Shown piece by piece: positions 1 through 6,926 of a stretch of 40,649 nucleotides of DNA. Origin of the DNA: a virus. The notes beneath the pieces are model-generated. The model did no database searches. It was given only the letters and a program-made list of their open reading frames with translations, and was not told where the DNA came from. The stretch's first letter is position 1; each line of letters starts with the position of its first letter. Where the stretch lies: positions 1 through 40,649 of the IMG/VR virus record IMGVR_UViG_3300045988_031645. One strand, written 5' to 3'. The position numbers and the translations under genes are program-made.

Positions 1-119
1 ATCTGCGCCGAGTGCAGCGACCTCTTCCTCTCTCGATGGTGCGTCCGGTGCCTTGCTGGCGATGAACTCGCTGTGCACCTTCTTGTCTGCGTTTGCTGTC
101 CCTAAAACGTCCTCAGTAA
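1..119. repeat. End-overlap repeat, copy 1 (identical to 40531..40649)
   Basis: By direct reading, the first 119 nt and the last 119 nt of the window are the same string. The repeat lies inside a CDS, so it most simply marks a circular or circularly permuted genome with 40,530 unique bp. Confidence 0.95.
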
Positions 120-147
120 ATGTTAATCTTACGTGTACCTTTTCCAT
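1..147 (-). CDS. 5' part (codons 1-49) of a 203-aa hypothetical protein that spans the circular junction; the rest is 40066..40530
   Basis: ATG at 147..145 with AAAGGAG 9 nt upstream. It reads MEKVHVRLTFTEDVLGTANADKKVHSEF..., in frame with the 40066..40608 ORF through the duplicated 119 nt. Confidence 0.8.
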   Translation of the reverse strand, partial: MEKVHVRLTFTEDVLGTANADKKVHSEFIASKAPDAPSREEEVAALGAD

Positions 148-778
148 GTGTTCAAACTCCTTTTCTTTGTAAAAACTCTGCTGATCATTGCGTATCGACG
201 CAATGCCATTGCAGTACACATCGATGCGGCTCCTTGCCGTTGCGGCGCGTAGCTTCTCAGTGCTATGCCCTTGCCATCAATGCAACTCCGATCATTTCGT
301 TGCCTTTGCTCTTCTGTACATTTCAGCTCAATGCCATCGCTATGCTATTCAGGGCTCCGCCAATCCATAGCCGATCAACTGAGCATCACACTTCTCTGCT
401 GTGCCATTGCGGATCAAATCTACACTCCTCTAACCTACGCCTTCGCCAAGCAAATCATTGCTTTTCCTTTGCCTTGCGTCACTTAGCTGTGCTTTGCCTT
501 TGCAGTTCGCTTCCTGGCATTGCGCCTCTTTGCCATCGCACTACATATCGATGCTGTTCGCTGCCACTGCTTTGCTGCTCTACCAAAATCACCACATTGC
601 CATCGCCAAGCGATTCTTAACTTCGCTTCACCTCAGCTATGCTTTCTATCTCCTCGCCATGCCTCTGCCTCGCAATTCCATCTTTACTTCGCAATACCGT
701 TGCGAGTCTACGCGTTCTGCACTCTGCCATTGCCTTTCTTTGCTCCGCCGACCCCTGCGCTGCCATTGCCATGCAACG
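148..778. repeat. 630-bp non-coding block of about 10 degenerate 60-70 bp units, each opening with TGCCAT[T/C]GC (GC[A/G]ATGGCA on the transcribed strand)
   Basis: Motif copies start at 204, 272, 332, 402, 470 (TGCCTTGCG), 531, 598, 660 (TGCCTCTGCC), 725 and 761. No minus-strand ORF of 60 aa or more lies here, although every neighbouring gene is minus-strand. The plus strand is visibly pyrimidine-rich and gives implausible Cys/His/Leu-rich ORFs in all three frames. Confidence 0.7.
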
Positions 779-1027
779 CTAAACCCTAGCGGCGCACACT
801 TCGGTGTAGCGCATCGTTCTGGTCCTCGAAATATGGCCCTTACTTACCGGTTCTACCACGACCAGGTGTGGCAGCTTCCGCACGACGGTGCAGACGATGT
901 TGATCTCGTCCGCATCAGGATTCGAGTACCGGACTCTCTCACCGATCTGGACGCGGTCTCTCCATCGTTCGATCGTCGTCATCGGCCAGCTGATGTATTT
1001 ATTCGATAATGCCACTAGTCCCTCCAT
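779..1027 (-). CDS. Hypothetical small protein (82 aa from MEGLVALSNKY...)
   Basis: The C-terminal half of track ORF 779..1225 reads protein-like. The upstream half overlaps the better ORF 1015..1266 in another frame. The start is chosen at an internal ATG and is uncertain. Confidence 0.5.
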   Translation of the reverse strand: MEGLVALSNKYISWPMTTIERWRDRVQIGERVRYSNPDADEINIVCTVVRKLPHLVVVEPVSKGHISRTRTMRYTEVCAARV

Positions 1028-1266
1028 TCCCTCGTGTAGTACTGATAGATCGGGCAGCTCTCGAACCTGTCCTCGCAGAAGATCTCGAGATAGTCTCGAA
1101 GTTCTTCGCGGTTCCGTAACCGGATGATGTGTGTCGCATCGAAACCGAGGTTCTCTTCCTTCGCGCACTCCACGCCCTGGAACTGCCCCTTGTTCGTTCG
1201 TACCACATTCCGGTACAGCGGACATTTGATTGTCGTTGATTCAAACTTGAAACCCACCTGGTCCAC
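1015..1266 (-). CDS. Hypothetical Cys-containing small protein (83 aa)
   Basis: Track ORF with globular-looking sequence (MDQVGFKFESTTIKCPLYRN...CEDRFESCPIYQYY). AAAGGAGA lies just upstream. The true start may be the GTG at 1257. Confidence 0.6.
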   Translation of the reverse strand: MDQVGFKFESTTIKCPLYRNVVRTNKGQFQGVECAKEENLGFDATHIIRLRNREELRDYLEIFCEDRFESCPIYQYYTREWRD

Positions 1267-1477
1267 TCTCCTTTACAAGATAGTATCGTCTGTATCTACA
1301 TGGATCTCCGCGCCGATTCCGACCGGTCTCCCATGTAGAACCAATGTTGTAGCCCTTCTGGCGGAGATCATGAACTCTGGAAGCCAGTCGAGCGATACCG
1401 AGATTCTCGACGGCCTCTGTGTTCGTGATCGTCCCACCATCAGACAGAGCATTCAGTATCAACTCGCACTGTGTCAT
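1241..1477 (-). CDS. Winged-helix/HTH DNA-binding protein (78 aa)
   Basis: Internal ATG at 1477 preceded by AGGAGG. The pattern MTQCELILNAL..G.ITNTEAVENLGIARLASRVHDLRQKGYNI is typical of small phage HTH proteins. Confidence 0.7.
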   Translation of the reverse strand: MTQCELILNALSDGGTITNTEAVENLGIARLASRVHDLRQKGYNIGSTWETGRNRRGDPCRYRRYYLVKESGPGGFQV

Positions 1478-2171
1478 GTCTCCTCCTTGCTGACGCGATC
1501 GCGTCGTAATCAATATCCTGCTTCGGGATATCTAAGAACTTGTTGTTCGGTGCCCTGCTGGTGGGCTTGTCCCGATCCCTGGCATGCCAGCAACGTGCTG
1601 CCGATCGCCAGTCTGCCATATCATCACCACCGACCTTCCAGCCCTTCGACTCGTAGAAATTCCAGAATGCGTCTGCATTGAAGCCGCTCATCCCCTCATC
1701 CCTCGCGAACGATCTCACATCCTCGATGGAGGGCGGCTGCTGCGAAGCAGCTTTCTTTACACACTCTTTAGAGTGTGTTTCTTTAGAGTTATATTTATAT
1801 ATATATTTAGCATCGTTTGCATTGCACTGCATTGCATCTGCATCCACCTGCATGCTGTTGCATCCGTTTGCATCAGTTTGCATTGCATCTGCATCCACCT
1901 GTACTTCTTCGGATGCTTTAGCTTTGCTCTTACTCCATCTCTTCTGTGCTGCATCAGACTTCTTTGCAGACTTCTCGCTGTATTTGGCTGCATCCTCGTC
2001 CATCTTCGCTGAGATCATCATGTAGATGGCATTGACGGTAGGATCAGAGATTTCATGCTCCAGCCCGAGCTGACGCGCACACAGCGCCTGGATCAGCTCT
2101 CCGGCCTGTTCGGTCGGTAGATTGGTGATGAGCGTTGACCAACTCTCATATATGATGAATGGTGTGGCCAT
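1440..2171 (-). CDS. Replication-organiser-like phage protein (243 aa) with conserved phage C-terminal domain
   Basis: The C-terminus FNADAFWNFYESKGWKVGG..MADWRSAARCWHARD resembles the conserved phage C-terminus seen in replisome-organiser proteins. An iteron-like cluster is embedded in the gene. RBS AAAGGAG before the ATG. Confidence 0.6.
   Translation of the reverse strand: MATPFIIYESWSTLITNLPTEQAGELIQALCARQLGLEHEISDPTVNAIYMMISAKMDEDAAKYSEKSAKKSDAAQKRWSKSKAKASEEVQVDADAMQTDANGCNSMQVDADAMQCNANDAKYIYKYNSKETHSKECVKKAASQQPPSIEDVRSFARDEGMSGFNADAFWNFYESKGWKVGGDDMADWRSAARCWHARDRDKPTSRAPNNKFLDIPKQDIDYDAIASARRRHDTVRVDTECSV
1759..1901. promoter_or_regulatory. Candidate replication origin inside the CDS: 8-bp hairpin, AT-rich tract, 10 TGCAT repeats including a 23-bp perfect direct repeat
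   Basis: ACACACTC-ttta-GAGTGTGT at 1759..1778. The tract tatatttatatatatatttag lies at about 1789..1810. TGCAT occurs 10 times between 1817 and 1893. TGCATTGCATCTGCATCCACCTG occurs at 1828..1850 and again at 1879..1901. Confidence 0.5.
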
Positions 2172-2300
2172 GTCGCTCCTTTCTCTCCCTGGGATTCAGT
2201 CCAGGGAGACTACAGTTGATAGTTACTCGTATGACTAATCAGATGAACCCTTGCTGAACTGCAAGCAATTCAATCTATATTTGATTAAGGGCCTATTCCC

Positions 2301-2603
2301 TTAACCGTCCAAATAGTTCTTTCCGAAGATCTGCATCCACAGACGGTGGGCGTCGGGATTATACTTATCTTCGAATTTACGCTGCGCTGTCGCTTCAAGC
2401 TGCTGGTCGCGCTCTCGCCATGCAGCATCATCATGTATGTGCCGGTGGCAGTCATGACAGAGCCACACGGTGAGGCCGTAGGCATCCGCCCATTTTCGGT
2501 TTGCGGTACCGTGTATGCAGTGATGCCATTCCAGATTGATGGAACTGCCGCAGATCGCACAGCGGTGATCCTCCGGGTTAATGATGATTGACTTGTACTT
2601 CAT
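2301..2603 (-). CDS. HNH endonuclease (100 aa)
   Basis: CAICGSSINLEWHHCIHG...LCHDCHRHIH shows paired Cys plus His-rich HNH-type motifs. Confidence 0.8.
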   Translation of the reverse strand: MKYKSIIINPEDHRCAICGSSINLEWHHCIHGTANRKWADAYGLTVWLCHDCHRHIHDDAAWRERDQQLEATAQRKFEDKYNPDAHRLWMQIFGKNYLDG

Positions 2604-3096
2604 AGCCTTTCAGCCTTTCTAACTCGTTCGGTGTCATGGTCTCGATCTCCGCGCCTGAGCCCTTGATCTCCTGGATCAGGCCATCTATCAGCCTGGCCAT
2701 CTCATACGTGTTGTATTCGTGTGAGCCTTTCAGAAGAACGAATGTCCGGTATGTCGTATCCCCTTTTTCGAACGTCTGTGACAAAGGGCGAACATGGAAT
2801 GTCTCCATGTCTTCCCATTTATCGTTATCAGGTAGCGTCACATAGACGATTTTTCCGTCGATTTCGAAATCCTGTCCGTAGTTTCGAAGCATCTGATTAT
2901 GCAGTCGCACACGTGAAACTTTCTCATACGTGGCAAACTCGCCTAGTAGCTTCCAGTAGTATGCATTCGCATCTAGGCTTCGTTTCTCGTAATGCTGTTT
3001 GAAACTACAGTCGTAGATTCGCTCAGGTTGCAGCCCCTGCAAGACCTTGATGACTTTAATCATCAAGTCTCCAGGCGTTCCATTTACTCTTGTCAT
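2578..3096 (-). CDS. ninB: NinB/Orf-like recombination mediator (172 aa)
   Basis: RSLDANAYYWKLLGEF parallels the RSLDQNRKLWACLGDV segment of lambda NinB as I recall it. ATGA start/stop coupling with the upstream ERF gene. Confidence 0.55.
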   Translation of the reverse strand: MTRVNGTPGDLMIKVIKVLQGLQPERIYDCSFKQHYEKRSLDANAYYWKLLGEFATYEKVSRVRLHNQMLRNYGQDFEIDGKIVYVTLPDNDKWEDMETFHVRPLSQTFEKGDTTYRTFVLLKGSHEYNTYEMARLIDGLIQEIKGSGAEIETMTPNELERLKGYEVQVNHH

Positions 3097-3686
3097 GCGG
3101 TTTCCCTCACCACATCCGGCTGGTTAATAAGGTAATTCTTCATGCCTTCGTAGCTCGTCACCTTTTCGGGATTGACAACTTTGCCCTTTCGATGTGCCAG
3201 CTCTTCAAGTTCCTTCTTCTGTTCCTCCGTGAGTGCTACAGGCTTGGCACTCTGGCCCCCTGTCTCCCCGTTCTGACTGGTCTCCTGATCCGGCATGCCG
3301 TTCGTCGTGTCTGAGTCCTTCGTATCGTCGATTGCGAACAGGCCGTTCAGCGCGTACTTACGAGCGTATGAACTTGACGTGCCGGTGATCTGGCTGCCAT
3401 CCATGCCCTTCTTCGTGTCCTCCTCACGAGCATATGCCGTGTTCGTGATCTGAGCATCCGTCTCACAGTCAATGAAACGTGCGGTCGCCTTCACGTAGAA
3501 CCGGCTTCCGATCAGTTCCAGCTCGTCACCGATGATGATCACTGCCTTGACCTCTGCGAGCAGAGGCTTCACCGCTTCCAGGATGTCCTCGCAGTTCCTA
3601 TACCTATACTTCCCGAACGAGTTGTACTGTCCTTTCGGCACTTTCAATGTGCTCTGGATCTTCGCGAGCTTCTCATAGATCGTCAT
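3093..3686 (-). CDS. erf: ERF-family single-strand annealing protein (197 aa)
   Basis: FGKYRYRNCEDILEAVKPLL ... GSQITGTSSSYARKYALNGLFAIDD is the ERF signature. The start is moved to ATG 3686 (GGAGGT upstream, ATGA overlap with the HD gene). Confidence 0.8.
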   Translation of the reverse strand: MTIYEKLAKIQSTLKVPKGQYNSFGKYRYRNCEDILEAVKPLLAEVKAVIIIGDELELIGSRFYVKATARFIDCETDAQITNTAYAREEDTKKGMDGSQITGTSSSYARKYALNGLFAIDDTKDSDTTNGMPDQETSQNGETGGQSAKPVALTEEQKKELEELAHRKGKVVNPEKVTSYEGMKNYLINQPDVVRETA

Positions 3687-4306
3687 TGGCGCACCTCCGT
3701 TACGTGTGATGCCCACATGTCTGCGAAATGGAGAAGAAGGTAGAGCGGCGTTTCCTTTCCTGGTATCTGGTACTTGAATGAACCATACAGGCCGTTGTGA
3801 TAGAGGATTGCCTGCTCCTGCTCCGCTGTGAGTGTGATGTATCTCTCCGCGATCATCAGAGACCGGACCTCGTGATCCATGTATGGCAGTTCTTCAGTTG
3901 TGGTATACGGCTTCGCAGTGCTGATCGCTCCGCTCTTCAGAAAATTCGGTACGTAGTTCGGCTTGCCATGGTCGCCCATCTTGCCGAGATCATGCAGCAG
4001 CGGACAAAGAATGATGTCCTTATAGGTCGCTCTGCCTTCCAGCGTTAAGTCCAGCTTCTCCATCGTCACGAGAACGTTCAGCGAGTGCCGCGCCAGCCCG
4101 CCATGTACTGCCAGGTGGTTTGCACCGCTGCACGGAGCCTCGAAGAAGCCCCCGTCCTCCATGTGATAAATGAGCTGATCCATGCCGTCCTTCTCGTTAG
4201 GCTCCACCGCCATACGGAGAAGCTCTACGGTCGTATCGTGCACCTTATCCGGTGACATCATCAGTGGATCAGGAACAGTTACTATCTTCTTTGTATGTAC
4301 TTCCAT
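3683..4306 (-). CDS. HD-domain phosphohydrolase (207 aa)
   Basis: VHGGLARHSLNV and LLHDLGK motifs. Confidence 0.8.
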   Translation of the reverse strand: MEVHTKKIVTVPDPLMMSPDKVHDTTVELLRMAVEPNEKDGMDQLIYHMEDGGFFEAPCSGANHLAVHGGLARHSLNVLVTMEKLDLTLEGRATYKDIILCPLLHDLGKMGDHGKPNYVPNFLKSGAISTAKPYTTTEELPYMDHEVRSLMIAERYITLTAEQEQAILYHNGLYGSFKYQIPGKETPLYLLLHFADMWASHVTEVRQ

Positions 4307-4569
4307 TACGCCCTCCTCGTCTCTACGACCGTCGCTCTCATGCCGTCGATCGCGTCATAATCATCGATGCCTTCTGCGTGAATCATGGTGCCTGAAAGGA
4401 TATCCGCTGCGTTTGAAATCGCTTCGTGCTCGTCCGACGCCTTCACGGTGATCCATACCTTGACTGGAATCTCTACCGTTATGTCATACAGCGTGTCGCC
4501 GTTTCCGGTGTTCCTGCCGTAGTCCTTCGCCTTCCCATACAGTTCCAGCTCATCTTCTGAATAATTCAT
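4306..4569 (-). CDS. Hypothetical protein (87 aa)
   Basis: Track ORF in operon orientation. GGAGG precedes the ATG. Confidence 0.6.
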   Translation of the reverse strand: MNYSEDELELYGKAKDYGRNTGNGDTLYDITVEIPVKVWITVKASDEHEAISNAADILSGTMIHAEGIDDYDAIDGMRATVVETRRA

Positions 4570-4647
4570 GTGATAATTCCTCCACTTTGTGGTATAGTGG
4601 AGTTGTCCGTGTGGACAAACTCCGTGGCGTGAACAGGTTCCAGCTGT

Positions 4648-4929
4648 TCATGCCTTTTTTGTTTCCTCCAGCTTCTCTCCCGTCACCATCTCATACACGA
4701 GCTTCTGGTTGCTGGTCTTGTACTTCTCTCCTGTGACATGTCCGATCAGAGCGCATACACGACCATATACATCAGCTCTTTCTGCTCCTTCCAAAATGTT
4801 CATCATTGGTATCGTCGACTCATTGTCGTATTCATTTCCGGTGACTGTCAGATATGTGACGGCTGCATTTACGCGGCCAACCATCTCTGAGGTGTTCATA
4901 TTGCTGACTCTGATGTAAATGTTATCCAT
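4648..4929 (-). CDS. Hypothetical protein (93 aa)
   Basis: Track ORF packed into the operon. Followed by stacked hairpins at 4570..4647. Confidence 0.6.
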   Translation of the reverse strand: MDNIYIRVSNMNTSEMVGRVNAAVTYLTVTGNEYDNESTIPMMNILEGAERADVYGRVCALIGHVTGEKYKTSNQKLVYEMVTGEKLEETKKA

Positions 4930-5152
4930 GTGTTACCTCTTCCTTTCTCTTAATATCCGCCAGGAGCAGATCCCTCAGGTCGAACACTTCTCCGTGCACC
5001 TGCTTAGCCACTCGCATAGCCCTATCTAAATCGTAATAGGTTCCGTAGTACCAGTATTCCGTATCAACCAGCCGAGCCACGATAAATCGCTCAAACTGCG
5101 GTGTCGGCGTCGGAATATTGTTGATTACCTCGCCTCTGAAATACCCCGTCAT
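4922..5152 (-). CDS. Hypothetical protein (76 aa from MTGYFRGEV...)
   Basis: Internal ATG at 5152 preceded by GGAGGG at a 7-nt spacing. Confidence 0.6.
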   Translation of the reverse strand: MTGYFRGEVINNIPTPTPQFERFIVARLVDTEYWYYGTYYDLDRAMRVAKQVHGEVFDLRDLLLADIKRKEEVTHG

Positions 5153-5390
5153 TCGATGCCCTCCAGAATGCGTCACGCAAAATCTTGATTGCTTTTCTCA
5201 CCTCTGCGCATGCCTTCATATAACATTCCGCTTCATCTAACGCCTTTATCTTGGCATCCACGTCGCCGGCCTCCACAGCGTTTCTATAGTCCTGCATGGC
5301 CTCATCACGTCCAAGCCTATAGATTTTATTGTATTGCACGGTGAGCTGTGCAATGATGTTTAATACATGGTCCTTTGTTCCCTCTTTCAT
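5091..5390 (-). CDS. Hypothetical helical protein (99 aa)
   Basis: Track ORF. The last roughly 20 codons overlap the next gene by 62 nt and look low quality, so the 3' end is uncertain. Confidence 0.5.
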   Translation of the reverse strand: MKEGTKDHVLNIIAQLTVQYNKIYRLGRDEAMQDYRNAVEAGDVDAKIKALDEAECYMKACAEVRKAIKILRDAFWRASNDGVFQRRGNQQYSDADTAV

Positions 5391-5399
5391 GGTTTCAAC

Positions 5400-5687
5400 T
5401 CACTCACTCATCCATCCGAGCAACCAGCACCCGCCGACGCCAATCAGCATGCCGATCAGAGTGACAAACACCCAGCCGTTAAGCATTTCGGTCGGAACTG
5501 CATCCGCGGAGATCACCGCCAGCACGAACGTTACAAGGCCAATGCCGGCCATCGTCATGCCGATGAAATCGCCAACACCCTTCACAGCCCGCTCAGCTCT
5601 CCGCTGCAGCTTGTCGAGCGCCCGATCGAGACGGTGAAGGCGCTGCACATCACGCTTACTCAACTGCACATCAACTCCGATCCTCAT
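5400..5687 (-). CDS. Small membrane protein, two predicted TM helices (95 aa)
   Basis: Hydrophobic stretches GMTMAGIGLVTFVLAVISA and WVFVTLIGMLIGVGGCWLLGW. Confidence 0.6.
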   Translation of the reverse strand: MRIGVDVQLSKRDVQRLHRLDRALDKLQRRAERAVKGVGDFIGMTMAGIGLVTFVLAVISADAVPTEMLNGWVFVTLIGMLIGVGGCWLLGWMSE

Positions 5688-5967
5688 CGTCTGCCCCTCC
5701 GTTCTCCATTACGATCTCGATTGCCTTATGGATCTCATCATTCGCTTTGCCAAGCGCTTTGACCGCCTCAACTAATGTGTTTGCTAAGTCCGTTTCCCAG
5801 CCTTCCCAGTCATGTGCTGCATCCCCACCTCTGCCAACTGCAGAGAAGATTGCGCCGATGCCATTAACGATTCCGACCGTCGTTACAAACTTTGCAGCCT
5901 TTTTAGTCAGCTCATTTGCGTCAATCAGCAGCCTGCAATGTGCATCCATCATGCTCTTTTCTTTCAT
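5671..5967 (-). CDS. Hypothetical protein (98 aa from MKEKSMMDAH...)
   Basis: The downstream part of track ORF 5671..6087 reads protein-like. The start is set at an internal ATG after AAAGGAAG and is uncertain. Confidence 0.45.
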   Translation of the reverse strand: MKEKSMMDAHCRLLIDANELTKKAAKFVTTVGIVNGIGAIFSAVGRGGDAAHDWEGWETDLANTLVEAVKALGKANDEIHKAIEIVMENGGADDEDRS

Positions 5968-6112
5968 TTTCTTCCTTTCTCTTTGCCAGGACGATATTCC
6001 TCCATACCGTGTAGAACGGATGGCCTTCTGGAATAACGAAGCCTTCAATGCTGTCGAGCCGTGTACCGTCGTCGAGGACGTGTACAATCTTCGGTTTTAC
6101 ATCATGTTTCAT
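5921..6112 (-). CDS. Hypothetical small protein (63 aa)
   Basis: ATGA-coupled to the Cro-like gene, with GGAAG upstream. The N-terminal part MKHDVKPKIVHVLDDGTRLDSIEGFVIPEGHPFYTV reads protein-like. Confidence 0.5.
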   Translation of the reverse strand: MKHDVKPKIVHVLDDGTRLDSIEGFVIPEGHPFYTVWRNIVLAKRKEENERKEHDGCTLQAAD

Positions 6113-6351
6113 TTCGCACTTCCTGAGTTTATCTTGGTTTGACTTTTTGCGTAAAAATAATCACCGACTTCTGAAAGATCGATGTCAAGGGCCTCGGCCC
6201 AGTCAAAGACATTCTTCTGCGTAAACCCACGCTTTCCCGTCATCTTAAGAGACATCGCGGTTTCAGAAATGCCAATACGCTCTGAGAAGTTTTTCATGTT
6301 GCCGTACTTCTCTATGATGCGACCTCGTAACTTAGGATATTTAATGTCCAT
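6109..6351 (-). CDS. Cro-like HTH regulator (80 aa)
   Basis: YPKLRGRIIEKYGNMKNFSERIGISETAMSLKMTGKRGFT is an HTH. The gene is divergent from the repressor gene and is first in the long minus-strand operon. Confidence 0.75.
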   Translation of the reverse strand: MDIKYPKLRGRIIEKYGNMKNFSERIGISETAMSLKMTGKRGFTQKNVFDWAEALDIDLSEVGDYFYAKSQTKINSGSAK

Positions 6352-6374
6352 GTTTTCCTCCTCTCACGTTGATT

Positions 6375-6403
6375 AGTATATCTCCGTTTAACTTTCGCGT
6401 CAA
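6375..6403 (-). promoter_or_regulatory. Early (lytic) promoter: -35 TTGACG, 17-nt spacer, -10 TATACT
   Basis: The reverse complement of 6398..6403 is TTGACG and of 6375..6380 is TATACT, upstream of the Cro-like ATG at 6351. Confidence 0.6.
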
Positions 6404-6417
6404 CGAAAAAGTTAAAC
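6386..6417. promoter_or_regulatory. Candidate operator: perfect 10-bp inverted repeat GTTTAACTTT-N12-AAAGTTAAAC
   Basis: Read directly. It overlaps the -35 and spacer of the lytic promoter. A TAAAGCTTTA palindrome follows at about 6423..6432. Confidence 0.55.
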
Positions 6418-6433
6418 TTTAATAAAGCTTTAA

Positions 6434-6461
6434 TTAATCTCTTTTAAACTCATGATATAAT
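6434..6461 (+). promoter_or_regulatory. Repressor promoter with extended -10 (TGaTATAAT)
   Basis: TATAAT at 6456..6461 with TG at 6453..6454, and a weak -35 TTAATC at 6434..6439. It lies upstream of AAGGAGG and ATG 6492. Confidence 0.55.
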
Positions 6462-6491
6462 GTAGGTGAAAAGATAACATAAGGAGGGATT

Positions 6492-6926
6492 ATGGATAAA
6501 AAGACTTTTTCCCAATATGAAAGCCAATCAGTAAACAGGATAAGAGAACTGATTGCGACTCGATGTAATGGGAGCCAACAGGAGTTTGCAGACAGAACCC
6601 ACATAAGCAAGGCGTCTATTTCGCAATACGTAAATGGGAGGAACACACCTTCCAATCTGACAGCTCAGAAGATCGCAGACGCCTTTATGGTAGACCCAGC
6701 GTGGGTGCAAGGTTTTGATGTTCCTATGAAAGAACAGACCCACTACACCAACCCTGAGACAGCTGCTACAGCGCAGGAACTTTTAGACCGGCCAGAAATG
6801 CGAATTCTATTTGACGCAGCGCAAGACGCAAAGCCAGAAGACTTGCGAAAAGCAGCCGAGTATCTTGAGTTTCTAAAATGGGGCGAAAAACAAATTGAGT
6901 ACGAAGCGCATAGGGGAGCAGAATGA
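6492..6926 (+). CDS. XRE-family cI-like repressor (144 aa), no peptidase domain seen
   Basis: HTH QQEFADRTHISKASISQYVNGRNTPS. Divergent from the Cro-like gene. I saw no S24-type Ser/Lys motif. Confidence 0.8.
   Translation: MDKKTFSQYESQSVNRIRELIATRCNGSQQEFADRTHISKASISQYVNGRNTPSNLTAQKIADAFMVDPAWVQGFDVPMKEQTHYTNPETAATAQELLDRPEMRILFDAAQDAKPEDLRKAAEYLEFLKWGEKQIEYEAHRGAE

Noticed and set aside
1-119. The terminal repeat as a physical direct terminal repeat of the virion DNA
   Set aside because: It lies in the middle of an ORF with no packaging signals nearby and far from terS. An assembly overlap of a circular or permuted genome is the simpler reading. The question cannot be settled without reads.
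148-778. The ~65-bp periodicity could suggest a decayed CRISPR array or solitary repeat units
   Set aside because: Only a 9-mer (at most about 26 nt in two units) is conserved per unit. There is no shared 28-37 bp repeat, no palindromic repeat core common to all units, and no leader or cas genes.
120-1009. Five overlapping plus-strand ORFs (120..620, 188..370, 265..486, 458..1009, 520..789) encoding Cys/His/Leu/Ser-rich proteins
   Set aside because: All three plus frames are open at once, which points to compositional bias (pyrimidine-rich strand with sparse stop codons) rather than coding. There is no RBS, the orientation is opposite to every neighbouring gene, and the sequences are implausible low complexity. 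The region is treated as non-coding repeat DNA.
4570-4647. Three stacked hairpins between two early genes (TGAACAG..CTGTTCA, GGAGTTTGTCC..GGACAACTCC, CCACT..AGTGG) as a possible riboswitch or ncRNA
   Set aside because: The region is short and has no U-tract or recognisable riboswitch core. It is most simply an intercistronic stabiliser or weak attenuator, with nothing further to support a specific call.
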